Shown: positions 36,285 to 49,214, counted from the whole stretch's first letter. The stretch: 63,951 bases of DNA, filler included, from Octopus bimaculoides (GCF_001194135.2; 5 parts of 5 records of this genome joined end to end with filler, not necessarily neighbours in it), one strand, 5' to 3'. A program made the numbers and translations. The notes: a model not told the origin generated them from the sequence alone.

Positions 36285-37120
36285 GGTCTTAAATCTTGGC
36301 ACAAGGACAGCAGTTGAGGGGGAGGGCGCAAATGGATTACATCGATCCCAAAAGGATAAAAAGCAAAGTCGACCTCAAAATTAGCGTTCTGTCTAAATGA
36401 AGCAGCAAACACCGAGACTGTTTGCTGATGACGTGGTCTCGTTAAATGGAACCACTCATAGAAACAAGATTAAATATGTTTACATAAACATAATAGATTA
36501 CTTCATTTGTTATGTGGTGAAAAGTGTAATTAAATACATAGATATTGAACACAGAACGTTAATTTGAAAGAAATGCCGATAAGCACCTTGTCTGCCTGCT
36601 CACCACCCTAGTAGTAATGTTTAATATTGGTTTCAAATTTTGGTATAAGGTCAGCAAATTTAGGAGAGGGACTAAGTCGATTAAATCAACCCCAGTACTC
36701 AAATGGTATTTATTTTATCCATCTCAAATGGGTGAAAGGCTAATTCGACCCCGGAGGCCTTTGAACTCAGAACGTAAGGTTGAACTAATGCCGTGAAGCA
36801 TTTTTGTCCTGCATGCTAACGATTTTTCCTGCTCAAGTAATAATGTTAATATTGATTATCAGATTAAAGGCGATGAGCTGGCAGAATGGTCTCCACGCAG
36901 TACAAAACACTTAGCGGCATTTTAACCATCTTTACGTTCTGAGTTCAAATTCTGCTGAGGTCGAATTTGTTAAGGATAGCAAGTAATTTTTTACTCAAAT
37001 TCTGCCGAGGTAGACTTTACTTTTCCTCCTTCCGGAGTCGATAAAATAAGTATCGGTTAAGCGCTGGGATCAATGTAATCGACTAACTCGCTGTCCTTCA
37101 GCCAAAATTTGAAACTATTT
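36285..37120. mobile_element. Cluster of four family C SINE fragments in both orientations
   Basis: 36285-36380 (-), 36625-36840 (-), 36868-36965 (+), 36995-37120 (+). Confidence 0.75.
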
Positions 37121-37297
37121 ATAACTCTATGTGCTTCAAGATCCACTGCTCTAAAAGAGAATTATTCCACATTCTCTCGAAAGTTTATGAATTCTAATGA
37201 CGTCAACAAACTATTTAATATATTTTCTTGCATGTGTTTTCCTGATTCGACGACTTGTGATTAACCATGGTACATTTCTCCTCCTTTCTACACTTAC

Positions 37298-37370
37298 AAA
37301 TGATTTTCATAAGAAACCACAATAGAGACAGAAAGGAAGCAGAGAGTACAATCATGCTCGAAACTGTCAT
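37298..37370 (-). CDS. Candidate first coding exon with a hydrophobic N-terminal anchor or signal
   Basis: MTVSSMIVLSASFLSLLWFLMKII followed by donor T|GTAAGT at 37297. Confidence 0.3.
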
Positions 37371-37447
37371 TTTCCCGTCGTCAGTCAACTTTTCCAAACA
37401 AAATTTGATTTCCAACATAATAGTAACTACTGGTACGTGTAGTTACG

Positions 37448-37670
<223 letters not shown>

Positions 37671-37770
37671 NNNNNNNNNNNNNNNNNNNNNNNNNNNNNN
37701 NNNNNNNNNNNNNNTTAATTAATTAANNNNNNNNNNNNNNNNNNNNNNNNNNNNNNNNNNNNNNNNNNNN
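37671..37770. other. Assembly spacer with TTAATTAATTAA
   Basis: Same design as 34817. Confidence 0.9.
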
Positions 37771-38015
37771 TGGTGGTACGTGTGGTAGTGGTGTTGGTGT
37801 TGGTGATGTTACTGGTGGTAGAGGTGTTGGTGGTGTGTTAGATGCTGGCTCTGCTGGTGCCGTTGGTGTTGTTGCTGTTGTTGTGGTGGTATTATGGGGT
37901 ACGCATTTAATATTGGTAATTTAGAAACTACGCAAGATGAATGAAGAAACGCGGTCATTGTTGGAGGAACATGAAATCGAGGCAGAAACACACTTCACAC
38001 TCACAACGCCTACAC

Positions 38016-38087
<72 letters not shown>

Positions 38088-38302
38088 CATACAAAGAAAA
38101 ACAGAGACGGAGACAGACAGACAGGGAGATAGATAGATAGATAGATAGATAGATATATGCATGTATATACATACATATGAACCTTCAAGTACGCATAATA
38201 TATGAACGCATACACACCTACACATAAATGTATATATTTGTATATATATGTATAATATATACATATATATGCATTCATCATTACGTATATTTATATACAC
38301 AC

Positions 38303-38351
<49 letters not shown>

Positions 38352-38474
38352 ATATGTATATGTATATATGTATATATATATATATGTGTGTGTATATATA
38401 TATATATATACACACACACATGTATATATATATGTGTGTGTTTATATATATATATATATATATACACACACATA

Positions 38475-38512
<38 letters not shown>

Positions 38513-38545
38513 TCATATACATATATACGCACGCACACATATACA
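38016..38545. repeat. Long (TA)/(TG)/(GATA) compound microsatellite
   Basis: Direct reading. Confidence 0.95.
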
Positions 38546-39426
38546 TCCATAAACACATAACCTCGTATATACAGCGACATGTGGTATTGCTCATTAAATC
38601 TTATATAATGATGGATGTATGTTTTAAAATCCATCTCCGTAAATGTCTCACTTGTGATCAAGAATTTCTTGGAAATATTTTCCGGGGTTTCGTTTAAAGT
38701 TTACAGGAAGCATACTTTGCTTGATGTGTTTCATAATAAAATTAAATAGAGCAGAGATTTATGATGTTCTGAAAACGAAGCAGAATTTGGTTGAGTGATG
38801 TGACCTCGATGTAGACGTGGAGCGCTGTACGTGTGTCCAACCTTGAGTGAGAGTTTTAACTGTTATGTCTTTCACTCATTGGTGTGTGGTCAAGCTGGAG
38901 CACCGTCTTCGATAGTCTAGTCGAGCAAATCGAACGTAGCATTTTTTTGTGTCTTTAAGAAATTTGCTACTTATTTTATCCTCCTCTCTATTTCCGAACT
39001 GCTAAGTTACGGGGACCTAGATTAACCAACACCGCTCATAAAATGGTGATGAGGGGGAGAGAGAATCTCGAATACGAAAAGGCACATTGAGGAGACCCCC
39101 CACCCCACCCCATCGGTTATGAATGACCATGGGCTTGCACCCAGAAAGTAACCCTCCCAACCATAGAATTGTGATCTAAATACCCTAACCACGAAGATAT
39201 GCACCTTTAAATAACACAGACACTCACACACATGCATACACGCACAAGCGCACGCACACATATATCTTACACACACATACATCTTATCTATTTGTCTATC
39301 GATCTATATTCTTATAAAAAGCAAAGTTTGTACGTTGACCGTTGGAAACACTAAATAAAATTGATATTTCAGGTTTTTCGTGTCATTTAAATTAATTTGA
39401 CCATTCTGGAGATAACTGTGTAATTA

Positions 39427-39668
39427 TTGGGTTGTCCGGAAAGTTCGTGCCGATTTATAGTAGCTTACCTTTTGACTTATTTGCCATGAAACCACAACAA
39501 TTCTGGGAAGAGGGTATATTCAAGTTAAAGAAAAAATGGAGACGCATTGTACAACAAAATGGTTCATATTTGTTTGATTGAAAATATAATATAAAAAATA
39601 TAATGGCAAGTATTTATTGACCTTTTTCTTTCCTTTAAAAATCGGCACGAACTTTCCGGACAACCCAA
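39427..39668 (+). mobile_element. mariner-derived MITE, TA TSD
   Basis: Perfect ~30-bp TIR ttgggttgtccggaaagttcgtgccgattt; the interior encodes the transposase C-terminus QQFWEEGIFKLKKKWRRIVQQNGSY. Confidence 0.93.
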
Positions 39669-40117
39669 TATTTTCCGAAAACGGAATGAGGGATAGGGGC
39701 GAGTTGGTGGTGCATTGGCTATTATTTCTAGCAATCCACCTGTCACTCAATTCACTTCCTACTTTCTTTAAGGTTACACATTACATTTATTCTTTCGAAG
39801 TCGCCGCCAGACCTCTACTTTCTCTGTATATGTTCCTCTCTATGTTTCTATCTCTTTCACAAACTCTCTTTCTCTCTCTCTTTCTCTCTCAATCTCTGGT
39901 TTTAATATGTGATTCTTTCACCACCTCTACCTCATCTTTTCTCTAGAGAAAAAGTACGTGAGACAGATAGAACGGGGGTTAGGAAGAAAAAATAAGTGAG
40001 ACAGAGTGGGGAAGTAACAGCAGACAGACATTAATACATTTCTTTATTATTATTTATATTACCTTCTGTATCTAAATAAATTTTTAATCATGCTATGCAA
40101 TATTTAAATACCTTTTA

Positions 40118-40417
40118 AGGCGGCGAGCTGGCAGAATCGTTAGCACGCCGGGCGAAATGCTTAGCAGTATTTCGTCTGCTGTTACGTTCTGAGTTCAAAT
40201 TCCGCCGAGGTCGATTTTGCCTTTCATCCTTTCGGGGTCGATTAAATAAGTACCAGTTACGCACTGGGTTCTATATAATCGACTTAATCCGTTTGTCTGT
40301 CCTTGTTTGTCCCCTCTCTGTGTAGTCCCTTGTGGGCAGTAAAGAAATAGGTATTTCGTCTGCCGTTACGTTCTGAGTTCAAATCCCGCCGAGGTCGACT
40401 TTGCCTTTCATCCTTTC
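40118..40417 (+). mobile_element. Young family C SINE followed by a head-less tandem restart, running into a large gap
   Basis: gtatttcgtctgc at 40167 and 40351 (184-bp period). Confidence 0.92.
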
Positions 40418-41262
40418 NNNNNNNNNNNNNNNNNNNNNNNNNNNNNNNNNNNNNNNNNNNNNNNNNNNNNNNNNNNNNNNNNNNNNNNNNNNNNNNNNNN
40501 NNNNNNNNNNNNNNNNNNNNNNNNNNNNNNNNNNNNNNNNNNNNNNNNNNNNNNNNNNNNNNNNNNNNNNNNNNNNNNNNNNNNNNNNNNNNNNNNNNNN
40601 NNNNNNNNNNNNNNNNNNNNNNNNNNNNNNNNNNNNNNNNNNNNNNNNNNNNNNNNNNNNNNNNNNNNNNNNNNNNNNNNNNNNNNNNNNNNNNNNNNNN
40701 NNNNNNNNNNNNNNNNNNNNNNNNNNNNNNNNNNNNNNNNNNNNNNNNNNNNNNNNNNNNNNNNNNNNNNNNNNNNNNNNNNNNNNNNNNNNNNNNNNNN
40801 NNNNNNNNNNNNNNNNNNNNNNNNNNNNNNNNNNNNNNNNNNNNNNNNNNNNNNNNNNNNNNNNNNNNNNNNNNNNNNNNNNNNNNNNNNNNNNNNNNNN
40901 NNNNNNNNNNNNNNNNNNNNNNNNNNNNNNNNNNNNNNNNNNNNNNNNNNNNNNNNNNNNNNNNNNNNNNNNNNNNNNNNNNNNNNNNNNNNNNNNNNNN
41001 NNNNNNNNNNNNNNNNNNNNNNNNNNNNNNNNNNNNNNNNNNNNNNNNNNNNNNNNNNNNNNNNNNNNNNNNNNNNNNNNNNNNNNNNNNNNNNNNNNNN
41101 NNNNNNNNNNNNNNNNNNNNNNNNNNNNNNNNNNNNNNNNNNNNNNNNNNNNNNNNNNNNNNNNNNNNNNNNNNNNNNNNNNNNNNNNNNNNNNNNNNNN
41201 NNNNNNNNNNNNNNNNNNNNNNNNNNNNNNNNNNNNNNNNNNNNNNNNNNNNNNNNNNNNNN

Positions 41263-41303
<41 letters not shown>

Positions 41304-41319
41304 ATGTATGTGTGTGTTT

Positions 41320-41628
41320 GTGTGTCTGTGTTTGTCCCCCCAACATCGCTTGACAACCGATGCTGGTGTGTTTACGTCCCCGTAACTTAGCGGTTCGGCA
41401 AAAGAGACCGATAGAATAAGTACTAGGCTTCCGCACCATGAACACCATCACCAACACCTATACCACCAGTAACATCACCAACACCAACACCACTACCACA
41501 CGTACCACCACCATCACCACCAACAACAACACCACTACCACACCTAGGCTTCCTGGGGTCGATTTGCTCGACTAAAGGCGGCGCTCCAGCATGGCCGCAG
41601 TCAAATGACTGAAACAAGTAAAAGAGTA
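41320..41628 (+). mobile_element. Family B SINE 3' half interrupted by an (ACC)-rich insert
   Basis: ctaggcttcc duplicated at 41423-41432 and 41544-41553. Confidence 0.85.
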
Positions 41629-42509
41629 TATATACGTGTGTTTGTGTGTGTGTGTATTGGTGACATAGGCAATATTAATACTGAGGTAATATTTATCCCC
41701 ACTTAAATATGGACATCCTCATAGAACAAGCTATACTGCGGTAGATACCGCGAGAGAAACACTCATATAGGCTTTTTAGTGCAAAATATACTTTATACTT
41801 TTGTTTCTGTGGCAAGCGGGGAAATAAATCCCTGCTCCCTCCAGAGCCGAGATCACTTTGATCATGTGATTTCGACCTTGTTTGGTCTTGTCAATGATGG
41901 ACACTCGACCGCTAGAGATAGCAACGATTCATCTCCCCCACCAGCGATATATAGACTGACAGTGCCAGAACAGGCGCTGGTATCGCGATTAGCCAGTTCG
42001 CTTTTTAAAGAATATATGTTAGCGAAAAAATATCTCTCCTGAAAATATCTCATAATCTCAGGCCTGCACCTTGTGGATAGCTGTGGTCGCTTTTATTATT
42101 ACTAGTGTTGTCGCTGTGGTTACTGCTGCTGTTTTTGTTGCTGTTGCTACTGTTTTCGTTGATGTTGTTGCCGTAGGGTTGCCAGATATTGTTGCTATCT
42201 TCTCTATTTATAATGGAAACATTAAAATATTTTGGTCGCTGTCATATTTTTGTTTCAAAGTTAAAGTCTCCACTTTAGCTGTCTTTCTCTCACACTGTCC
42301 TTGTGCCATTAACTGTCAGGGTGGGGGGGACTTCGTCTTTTTTAGCCTTAATAAGAGATCAAGGCTGCTTCTGATTTAATATTTCCAGCCCATAGGCTAA
42401 GGACATACTTTGTCCCTACTCTATAAATATATGCGCGTTGGTGGAAGTATATATATGTATGTATGTATGTGTGCGTCTCTATGTATGTATGTATGTATGT
42501 ATGTATGAA

Positions 42510-42820
42510 GGAAGATGCATGTCTTAGCGGTTAGAGTGCTGGGCTCACAAACATGACGTTCTGAGTTCGATTCACGGACCGGACTGTGTTGTTTCTTGAG
42601 CAAGACATTTTTTTTTTTTCAGATTGCTCGAGTTCTCTCAGTTGTAGAAATGAGTTGCGACGTCACTAGTTCCAGGCTCTATTGGCATTTACCCTTCCCT
42701 TAGATAATATCGGTGGCATGGACGACTGCTGCTGTTCCATAAACAATCTTGCCCAGACTTGTGCCTCGGAGGGTAACTTTCTACGGGCAATCCTATGGTC
42801 ATTCATGACCAAAGGGGGTA
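42510..42820 (+). mobile_element. tRNA-derived SINE (family E)
   Basis: A box, B box gagttcgattc, cttgagcaagac core; the tail is also seen inverted at ~39110-39160. Confidence 0.75.
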
Positions 42821-43039
42821 TGTATGTATGTATGTCATTATTTAACTTCATTTCAAAATTTTTTGCCAATAAAGAGTCAGTTTCTAACCTGGATCCAAAA
42901 CTCCATCATTGAAATTTGAGAATCAACAAGGTACTTTAAAATGTACGTATGTATGTATGTATGTATGTATGTATGTATGTATATGTGCCGATTGGTATGT
43001 TTTGTTTCATGTATGTCTTCTCGTGCATATACTTGCACA

Positions 43040-43440
43040 TCTAGACATGCTCATATATACGTAAAGGATAAACTTCTGGAAAAACTTACAGATCTTTTAG
43101 GGTTCCAGTGACGTCTTTGATCTGTATTCTTCGAATCAGCTTTCTCCTTTCTCATTTTGAGAAGCCTAATTTCTCCAGAATGGCATTTTGGAAGAGCCCC
43201 AATAATTACATATCTCAGTGCCCCAATAATCATATATCCCAGTGCCCTAATAATTACCGGTATAAACCTGAACTTGTAATCTGGATAGAGTAGCTGCAAA
43301 TTTCTCAGTAGTTCAGCGTAGGTATTTTTCTATTTCCTTGATCTTTCGTGTTATGTTAACGTCCGTTGGGCGGCTGATTTCTACAACTCTATACAGTTTC
43401 TCTTCTCTATCCCAAATAACTATATCAGGTCTAATGCATT
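43040..43440 (-). mobile_element. RLE-domain fragment of an R4/CRE-like non-LTR element
   Basis: PDIVIWDREEK..VVEISRPTDVNITRKIKE..LQLLYPDYKFRFIPVIIRALGY; ~24-bp internal triplication at 43197-43256. Confidence 0.75.
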
Positions 43441-43497
43441 TACGTTTTATTGTGGTTTTCACAATGTATGTATGTATGTATGTATATGTGTATCTAC

Positions 43498-43536
<39 letters not shown>

Positions 43537-43636
43537 NNNNNNNNNNNNNNNNNNNNNNNNNNNNNNNNNNNNNNNNNNNNTTAATTAATTAANNNNNNNN
43601 NNNNNNNNNNNNNNNNNNNNNNNNNNNNNNNNNNNN
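43537..43636. other. Assembly spacer with TTAATTAATTAA
   Basis: Same design as 34817. Confidence 0.9.
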
Positions 43637-43781
43637 CCGCCTTATGATGTGCTAACGTTTCTGCCAGCTCACCGCCTTATGATGTGCTAACGTTTCTGCC
43701 AGCTCACCGCCTTATGATGTGCTAACGTTTCTGCCAGCTCACCGCCTTATGATGTGCTAACGTTTCTGCCAGCTTGCTGCC
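43637..43781 (-). repeat. 35-bp minisatellite (4 units) derived from the family C SINE head
   Basis: ccgccttatgatgtgctaacgtttctgccagctca at 43637, 43672, 43707 and 43742. Confidence 0.93.
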
Positions 43782-44055
43782 TTCAACAGCAACAACAATA
43801 ATAATCTTTTCTTAATTAAGTACAAGATCAGCAATTTTGGGGTTGGAATTTGCCAATTACATTGACCCTAGTATTTAACTGGTACTTTATTTTATCAACA
43901 TGGAAAGTATGAAAGACAAAGTTAAACTCAGAACATTAGAGAACTGGAAAAAATGTTGAGTATTTCTAGCAGCAGATCATTTAATTGTCAGTTCCGGATC
44001 CTTTCCAATAAATTTCCTATAATGAAACTTATTGCTTGTTTATCTTTATTTTCAG

Positions 44056-44178
44056 ATTTACAAGAATTTGTACAATGCCATGACACAAGGAAAACATGTG
44101 TTTGAGCGACCAGATTGGTGGAAAGAATTTTCCAGTCCTGTTACTGTTGGTTCTTTACCAACAAAGAGCAAACTGTGA
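44056..44178 (+). CDS. Terminal coding exon of an unidentified host gene
   Basis: Strong acceptor tttatctttattttcag|; IYKNLYNAMTQGKHVFERPDWWKEFSSPVTVGSLPTKSKL*; AT-rich downstream region with AATAAA near 44575. Upstream exons not found. Confidence 0.65.
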   Translation: MYKNLYNAMTQGKHVFERPDWWKEFSSPVTVGSLPTKSKL

Positions 44179-44965
44179 TGATGTTGACGGAGGCCATTGC
44201 TTGCTGTTATATTAACATAGAAATATTGTTACACCCAAGAAATATATATTTTTATGACACGTTCTTCAAATTTCACTTTGTTTACTAAATATATTGCTTA
44301 TTGTCATCAACAGATCTTGTTTTAAATTCTTATTATTGTTTTCAGTCATTAAACTGTAGCCATACTGGAGCACTGTCTTTGAGGTGTTTCAGTTGATTAT
44401 TGTTGTGAAGCAAACTTATTAATTATACGGCCTTGATAGGCTTTTATAAATAATTTATAAATCATATTATTTAACCATCTCACCACCAAACAGAAAATGT
44501 AAAATTATTAAAATGAAGTGCACTTCTATTTTTTTTTCATAATTTTTATTCTTTGATAATTTTAATATTAAATAATAAAAGATTTAGTGGGATTTTGATA
44601 AATTAATTCAAGTTTCACCTGGAGGTAGATCAGTAAGGAGTAACCTCATTGACTCCACCCCACTAATAACCAACCACTTGTCCTCACTGAAACTGTTATA
44701 AATACCCACCCCTTTCACACATTATCTTTCTCTTCTACAATTGGTATCTGTTAGATATAGCATTACTACAACACAAAGGTTTCTGGTTCAATTTTTAGTT
44801 ACTGTTGTTAATTCTTCTGTTGACACCTGGCCCCACCCTGTACTATGTAAATTACTTTCTTTATAAAAGAATCATCACTTGTCCCAGTCAAACACTGCAA
44901 AGCTACCGAAAGATAGTAATTTCTCATTTTATCTCATATGAAATCAAATGGCTGAGAGGCTAATG

Positions 44966-45157
44966 CAGGGGCCCCCAAACTTTTTAGACCATCAACCCTT
45001 CATGGAATCCTTAAGCCCTCATCAATCCCCAAGCATGTACAAGAAGATAAATAAATAAATAAATAATAATAATAATTAACTAGATGTACATTTATCGACC
45101 CCTTGAATAGCTCCTTTAACTCCCAGGGGTCGATAGTGACCACTTTGGAGACCCCTG
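44966..45157. mobile_element. hAT-type MITE with 8-bp TSD GGCTAATG
   Basis: TIR caggggcccccaaact / actttggagacccctg; exact TSD at 44958-44965 and 45158-45165. Confidence 0.93.
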
Positions 45158-45517
45158 GGCTAATGTATTGTATGACTGACTCCCATAGTCAGTTCAGTAT
45201 CTCACATTGTTTTAGCAGATCCTGGTTCTAAAGAAGGTATAGTTTAACCGATGTGTAACATTCCTAAAATGGGTCCTGGCATTAAGGAATGCTCAGTTTA
45301 GATGATATCACATGATACAAAGCAAAACCCCCACCAAAAAAACTGAATTAAGGACAAAAGAAAAAATATTTACCTCTGAACTAATCATACTTTCTCCGCT
45401 TAGTGCAGTGGTGCTGATAGTGGTGATGATTATGAGAATATTAATTATTCCTAATTTGTGCAAATGAGTTACTGAATAAACACTGAATGTTATGAATAAA
45501 AGCACTTTGACGTTTAA

Positions 45518-45726
45518 CCCTTTAACATTTAAACCAACCAGATCCAGACCAAAAATTGTACACGTTTTATATTCACACAGGATCGATCTCGGTTCTCAAA
45601 TCTAGCTTACAAAAAAAGCAATCACATCATTGAAGTCTCAAAGCTATGAGATAATGCATGATTAATTAAAAACAATTTGAATAAATAAGAATTCCATTTG
45701 ACTGACTAACTTGAGTATTAAAGGGG
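45518..45726. mobile_element. piggyBac-type MITE, TTAA TSD
   Basis: TTAA|CCCTTTAAC...TTAAAGGGG|TTAA; same family as 31984. Confidence 0.85.
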
Positions 45727-46129
45727 TTAAGTTAAAAAATTAAGTTGATTAATTCTTATATTGTAACAACAGAGTTTTTCAAGATCTGTAACTTTCCAAA
45801 CTCCATTCATGTTTCCAAGTGATTCTGTTTTCTTTGACAGTTCAATCTTTACAAAATCAAAAATCTTGTATATTTTTCTAATCTGTTAAATATATTCAGC
45901 TTTCAATAAAAAGACAACAAAATATCACCAAAAAACAAACATACAAAAACATGCCTGTTATCAGCATGGTATGTACATGTTTGTGGCAATCAATAATAAT
46001 TTAATAAAAGAATTTATAATGAAGTTGACATTCATTATTGTTTTAATTTGAGTCCCTTGTTATTTTTGTAATTAATGAAGTTAGTATGCTCCGCTGGTTG
46101 TGTAATGTCAGTGTGCATGCATGACAGAG

Positions 46130-46420
46130 TGTAAGCACCTTAAGAGAAATGTTAGACATAAGAAGCATCAGATGTGGTGTGCAAGAGAGACGATTGTGCT
46201 GGTATGGTCAAGTGTTTTGAATGGATGAGGATAGCTGTGTGAAGAGGTGTCACACCTTACTAGTGGTGGGAACATGTGGGAAAGGCAGACCCAGGAAGAC
46301 ATGGGATGAGGTAGTGAAGCACAGCCTTTGAATGTTGGGCCTCACAGAGGCAATGATAGGAGACCAAGACCTTTGGAGATATACTGTGTTTGAGAAGACC
46401 CAGCAAACCTAGATGTGGTG
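46130..46420 (+). mobile_element. RTE LINE 3' coding end
   Basis: LREMLDIRSIRCGVQERRLCWYGQV..GTCGKGRPRKTWDEVVK..LWRYTV. Confidence 0.85.
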
Positions 46421-46469
46421 ATGCCAGTGTTGGTTAAATGGCCTGTTTAAGAGTACCCTTCAATCATCG

Positions 46470-46675
46470 GGGCAGAAATGTTAGCATGCCAGGCGAAATG
46501 CTTAGCTGTATTTCGTCTGTCTTTACGTTCTGAGATCAAATTCTGCCGAGGTCGACTTTGCTTTTCATCCTTTTGGGGTCGAAAAATTAAGTACCAGTTG
46601 CGTACTGAGGTTGGTCTAATCTACTCCCCGCCCCCCTCCAAGTTTTGGGCCTTGTGTCTAGAGTAGAAAAGAATA
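46470..46675 (+). mobile_element. Family C SINE
   Basis: Similarity to other copies. Confidence 0.88.
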
Positions 46676-46679
46676 TTCT

Positions 46680-47060
46680 GTGCTTGAGAAGACTTGTTGA
46701 GTCAAGGGAAATCGTAGTTGTGGCTGATGCCAGTGCCATGTGAAAAGCACCATTCGTGTGTGGCCGAGCATGGTCGATGCCAGTGTTACATGATTGGTTC
46801 CCATTCCAGTGGCACATAAAAAGCACCATTCAAGCTTGGTTGATGCCAGTGCCGCCTGACTGGTCCCTGTGCCAGTGACGCATAAAATGCACCCACTACA
46901 CTCTCAGAGTGGTTGGCATTAGGAAGGGCATCCAGCTGTAGAAACATTGGCCAGATCAGATCGGAGCCTGGTACAGCTTCTTGGCTTGCCAGTCCTCAAT
47001 AAATCTGTCCAACCCATGCCAGCATAGAAAACGGACGTTAAAAGATGATGATGATGATGG
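46680..47060 (+). mobile_element. RTE-associated 3' tail repeat (family F) ending in (GAT)n
   Basis: gatgccagtg...aaaagcacc units then gagtggttggc.ttaggaagggcatccagc...ccaacccatgccagcatgg..acgttaaa(gat)n; related copies at 48290, 49115, 50270, 52560, 55080, 59670 and 61490. Confidence 0.8.
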
Positions 47061-47400
47061 GTGTTAGGTATCAGGACAATATTCCAGACATTGAGGTATT
47101 TTCCCAAGCTGACTTGCTGGCATAAGAGCCATGTTGATGCTGTTCTATTTCTGCTTGTCAAGACATGTAACTCGCATGCAATAAACGTGACTGCTATAAT
47201 TTCAAATTTTTAGACACTTTTGACTATTTCAAAAATTAAAGCAGCCATCTATGTACCATACCTTAGATGGCTGTTTGAATCGAGGTTGTGGAGTCATCTA
47301 AAGGTTGACTCCTTCAAAAGGCTGTAATATGATTTGATAGGAACATGATACAAAGAAATACATAGAACAAGGGTATAACTTTAAATACCTTTAATGTCAG

Positions 47401-47439
<39 letters not shown>

Positions 47440-48529
47440 AGTTGAATGATAAATGAAAAGAGTTTGATGTGTAGAGGTCATGATCTTCTCTTGTGTGTTA
47501 TCTCCTGTCTGCTAGTCACCGTGTGTCGTAAGAGAGTCAACTAGACCATGTCCTTGTTGTCTGACATCTAGATGCCCAAAGAGGAAGTCGCAAGGCCTTG
47601 TGTCAGAATCCCACCACTGCTTGCTCCATCTATCGCAAGCTTGTTTAAACCCGCTGTCAAGGGAGGTAACTACACCTACACTACTTAAGACACCATTGAC
47701 AGGCAAGCTACTATGGTTCTCACCCAAGAATAAATCTATTATGAATGTGCTGTGTTTAAAAACACATTATATATTAATACAAACCTGTTACTGGCTCAAA
47801 AATGCTTTGTCAGACAAACCTGTTGCAAAGCCATTCCCTGTATTTTGTGATGGAGAAAATTTTTTTGTGTAGACAAATAAGTGTAAATTCACGACTCAGT
47901 TTACAAATTCCCTAACCAGACCATTGAATACATGCATTTCAGAGTGGTTAGGGAGTGTTGTGAACTGACTCGGTGACCTTACACCTATCTGCCTATGGCA
48001 AGAAATTCTCTCCATGACATTCCTATGGATCTGAATATGCCTCAAGCACACTTGAACTGGTAACAGGTTTGTATTTATATGTGTAACTGCTTAGTGCTGT
48101 CACCCTGTACATTATGTATTGGAGGGTGCCATGCAAGGTGGGACTGAACCTGGAACCATTTGGTTGGGAAGCAAACTTCTAACCACACAACCACATCTGC
48201 ACCTACAGAGGATAACTGGAACTCAAAACATAGGTGAAACAAACTTACACCTATGTTACACCTGCTTATTGTTTCTGAAATACGTCGTCATCATCATCAT
48301 CATTTAACATCCATTTACCATGTTGGCATGGGTTAAATGGTTTGACTGGAACTGGTAAGCCAGAAAGCTGCGCCAGGCTTTATCCATTTTGACTTGGTTT
48401 CTATGGCTGGATACCCTTCCTAACACCAACCACTTCAAAGAGTGTACTGGGTGCCTTTTATGTATCAGCAGTAAAGGTGCCATTCACATGTCACTGGTAT
48501 TGGCCATGACCATGACTTGGTCACCGAGA

Positions 48530-49110
48530 TAATGGAGGCTATCTACTACTTCTAAGTATCCCCCACTGCTATTTGATGGAGTCTATTTTCTGAGCATTTC
48601 TCGTGTTTATTGTACCTGTACACCTAACACACAAAGATTACTTTCTCTGTTAACCATCCTCTGATATTGCTGCATCTTTTATGCGTCCATAGCCTGTACA
48701 GGGTATACCTTATGGAATTTCTACCTACACCTTTTCTACATATTGAGCAGGGCTATCTCCCTGAAGGGATTTGGGATTTGTCTGTTTTCCTACTTACTAA
48801 AACTTCAGTCTTTGCTAAATTAACTTAAAGGCCCCCTGATTCTAGACTTTGCTTGCACTGCTGGAATTTCTGTAGATCTCTGGTAGTGATTCGGCTATAA
48901 AAACAAGGTCATCAGCAGAGAGCAACTCTCAAGGGCATTCTGTCTTAAATTCCTCTGTTATTGCTTGGAGGAATATAAGGAAGTGGGTTGAGAACTGATC
49001 CTTGGTGAACTCCCACCTGTATGCTGAATTCATTGTTATATTCACTGCTGACCTTTTACTGGCAGCATCCCTGTACATGGCTTATATAACTCTCATCAAA
49101 CAACCACTCA
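48530..49110 (-). mobile_element. RTE RT core fragment
   Basis: QVGVHQGSVLNP..ITEEFKTECP*ELLSADDLVFIAES..LEVVDSLHYLGD. Confidence 0.85.
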
Positions 49111-49214
49111 TCTGTCCCTAGCTTCGGCCTCCTGGCTTGCCAGTCCCCAGTCAAACTGTCCAACCCATGCCAGCATGGAAAACGGACGTTAAATGATGAT
49201 GATGATGATGATAC

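Noticed and set aside
36420-36470. CTGATGA..GTGGT/ACCAC..GAAAC
   Set aside because: Five unpaired bases separate the stem from GAAA; not a valid core. Other isolated CTGANGA hits (323, 10728, 17517, 21980, 35257, 37378, 48910, 60898) fail in the same way.
47512-47727. Open frames on both strands at 47.5-47.7 kb (e.g. MPKEEVARPCVRIPPLLAPSIASLFKPAVKG|GTAACT)
   Set aside because: Several incompatible exon models are equally plausible; no way to choose from sequence alone.
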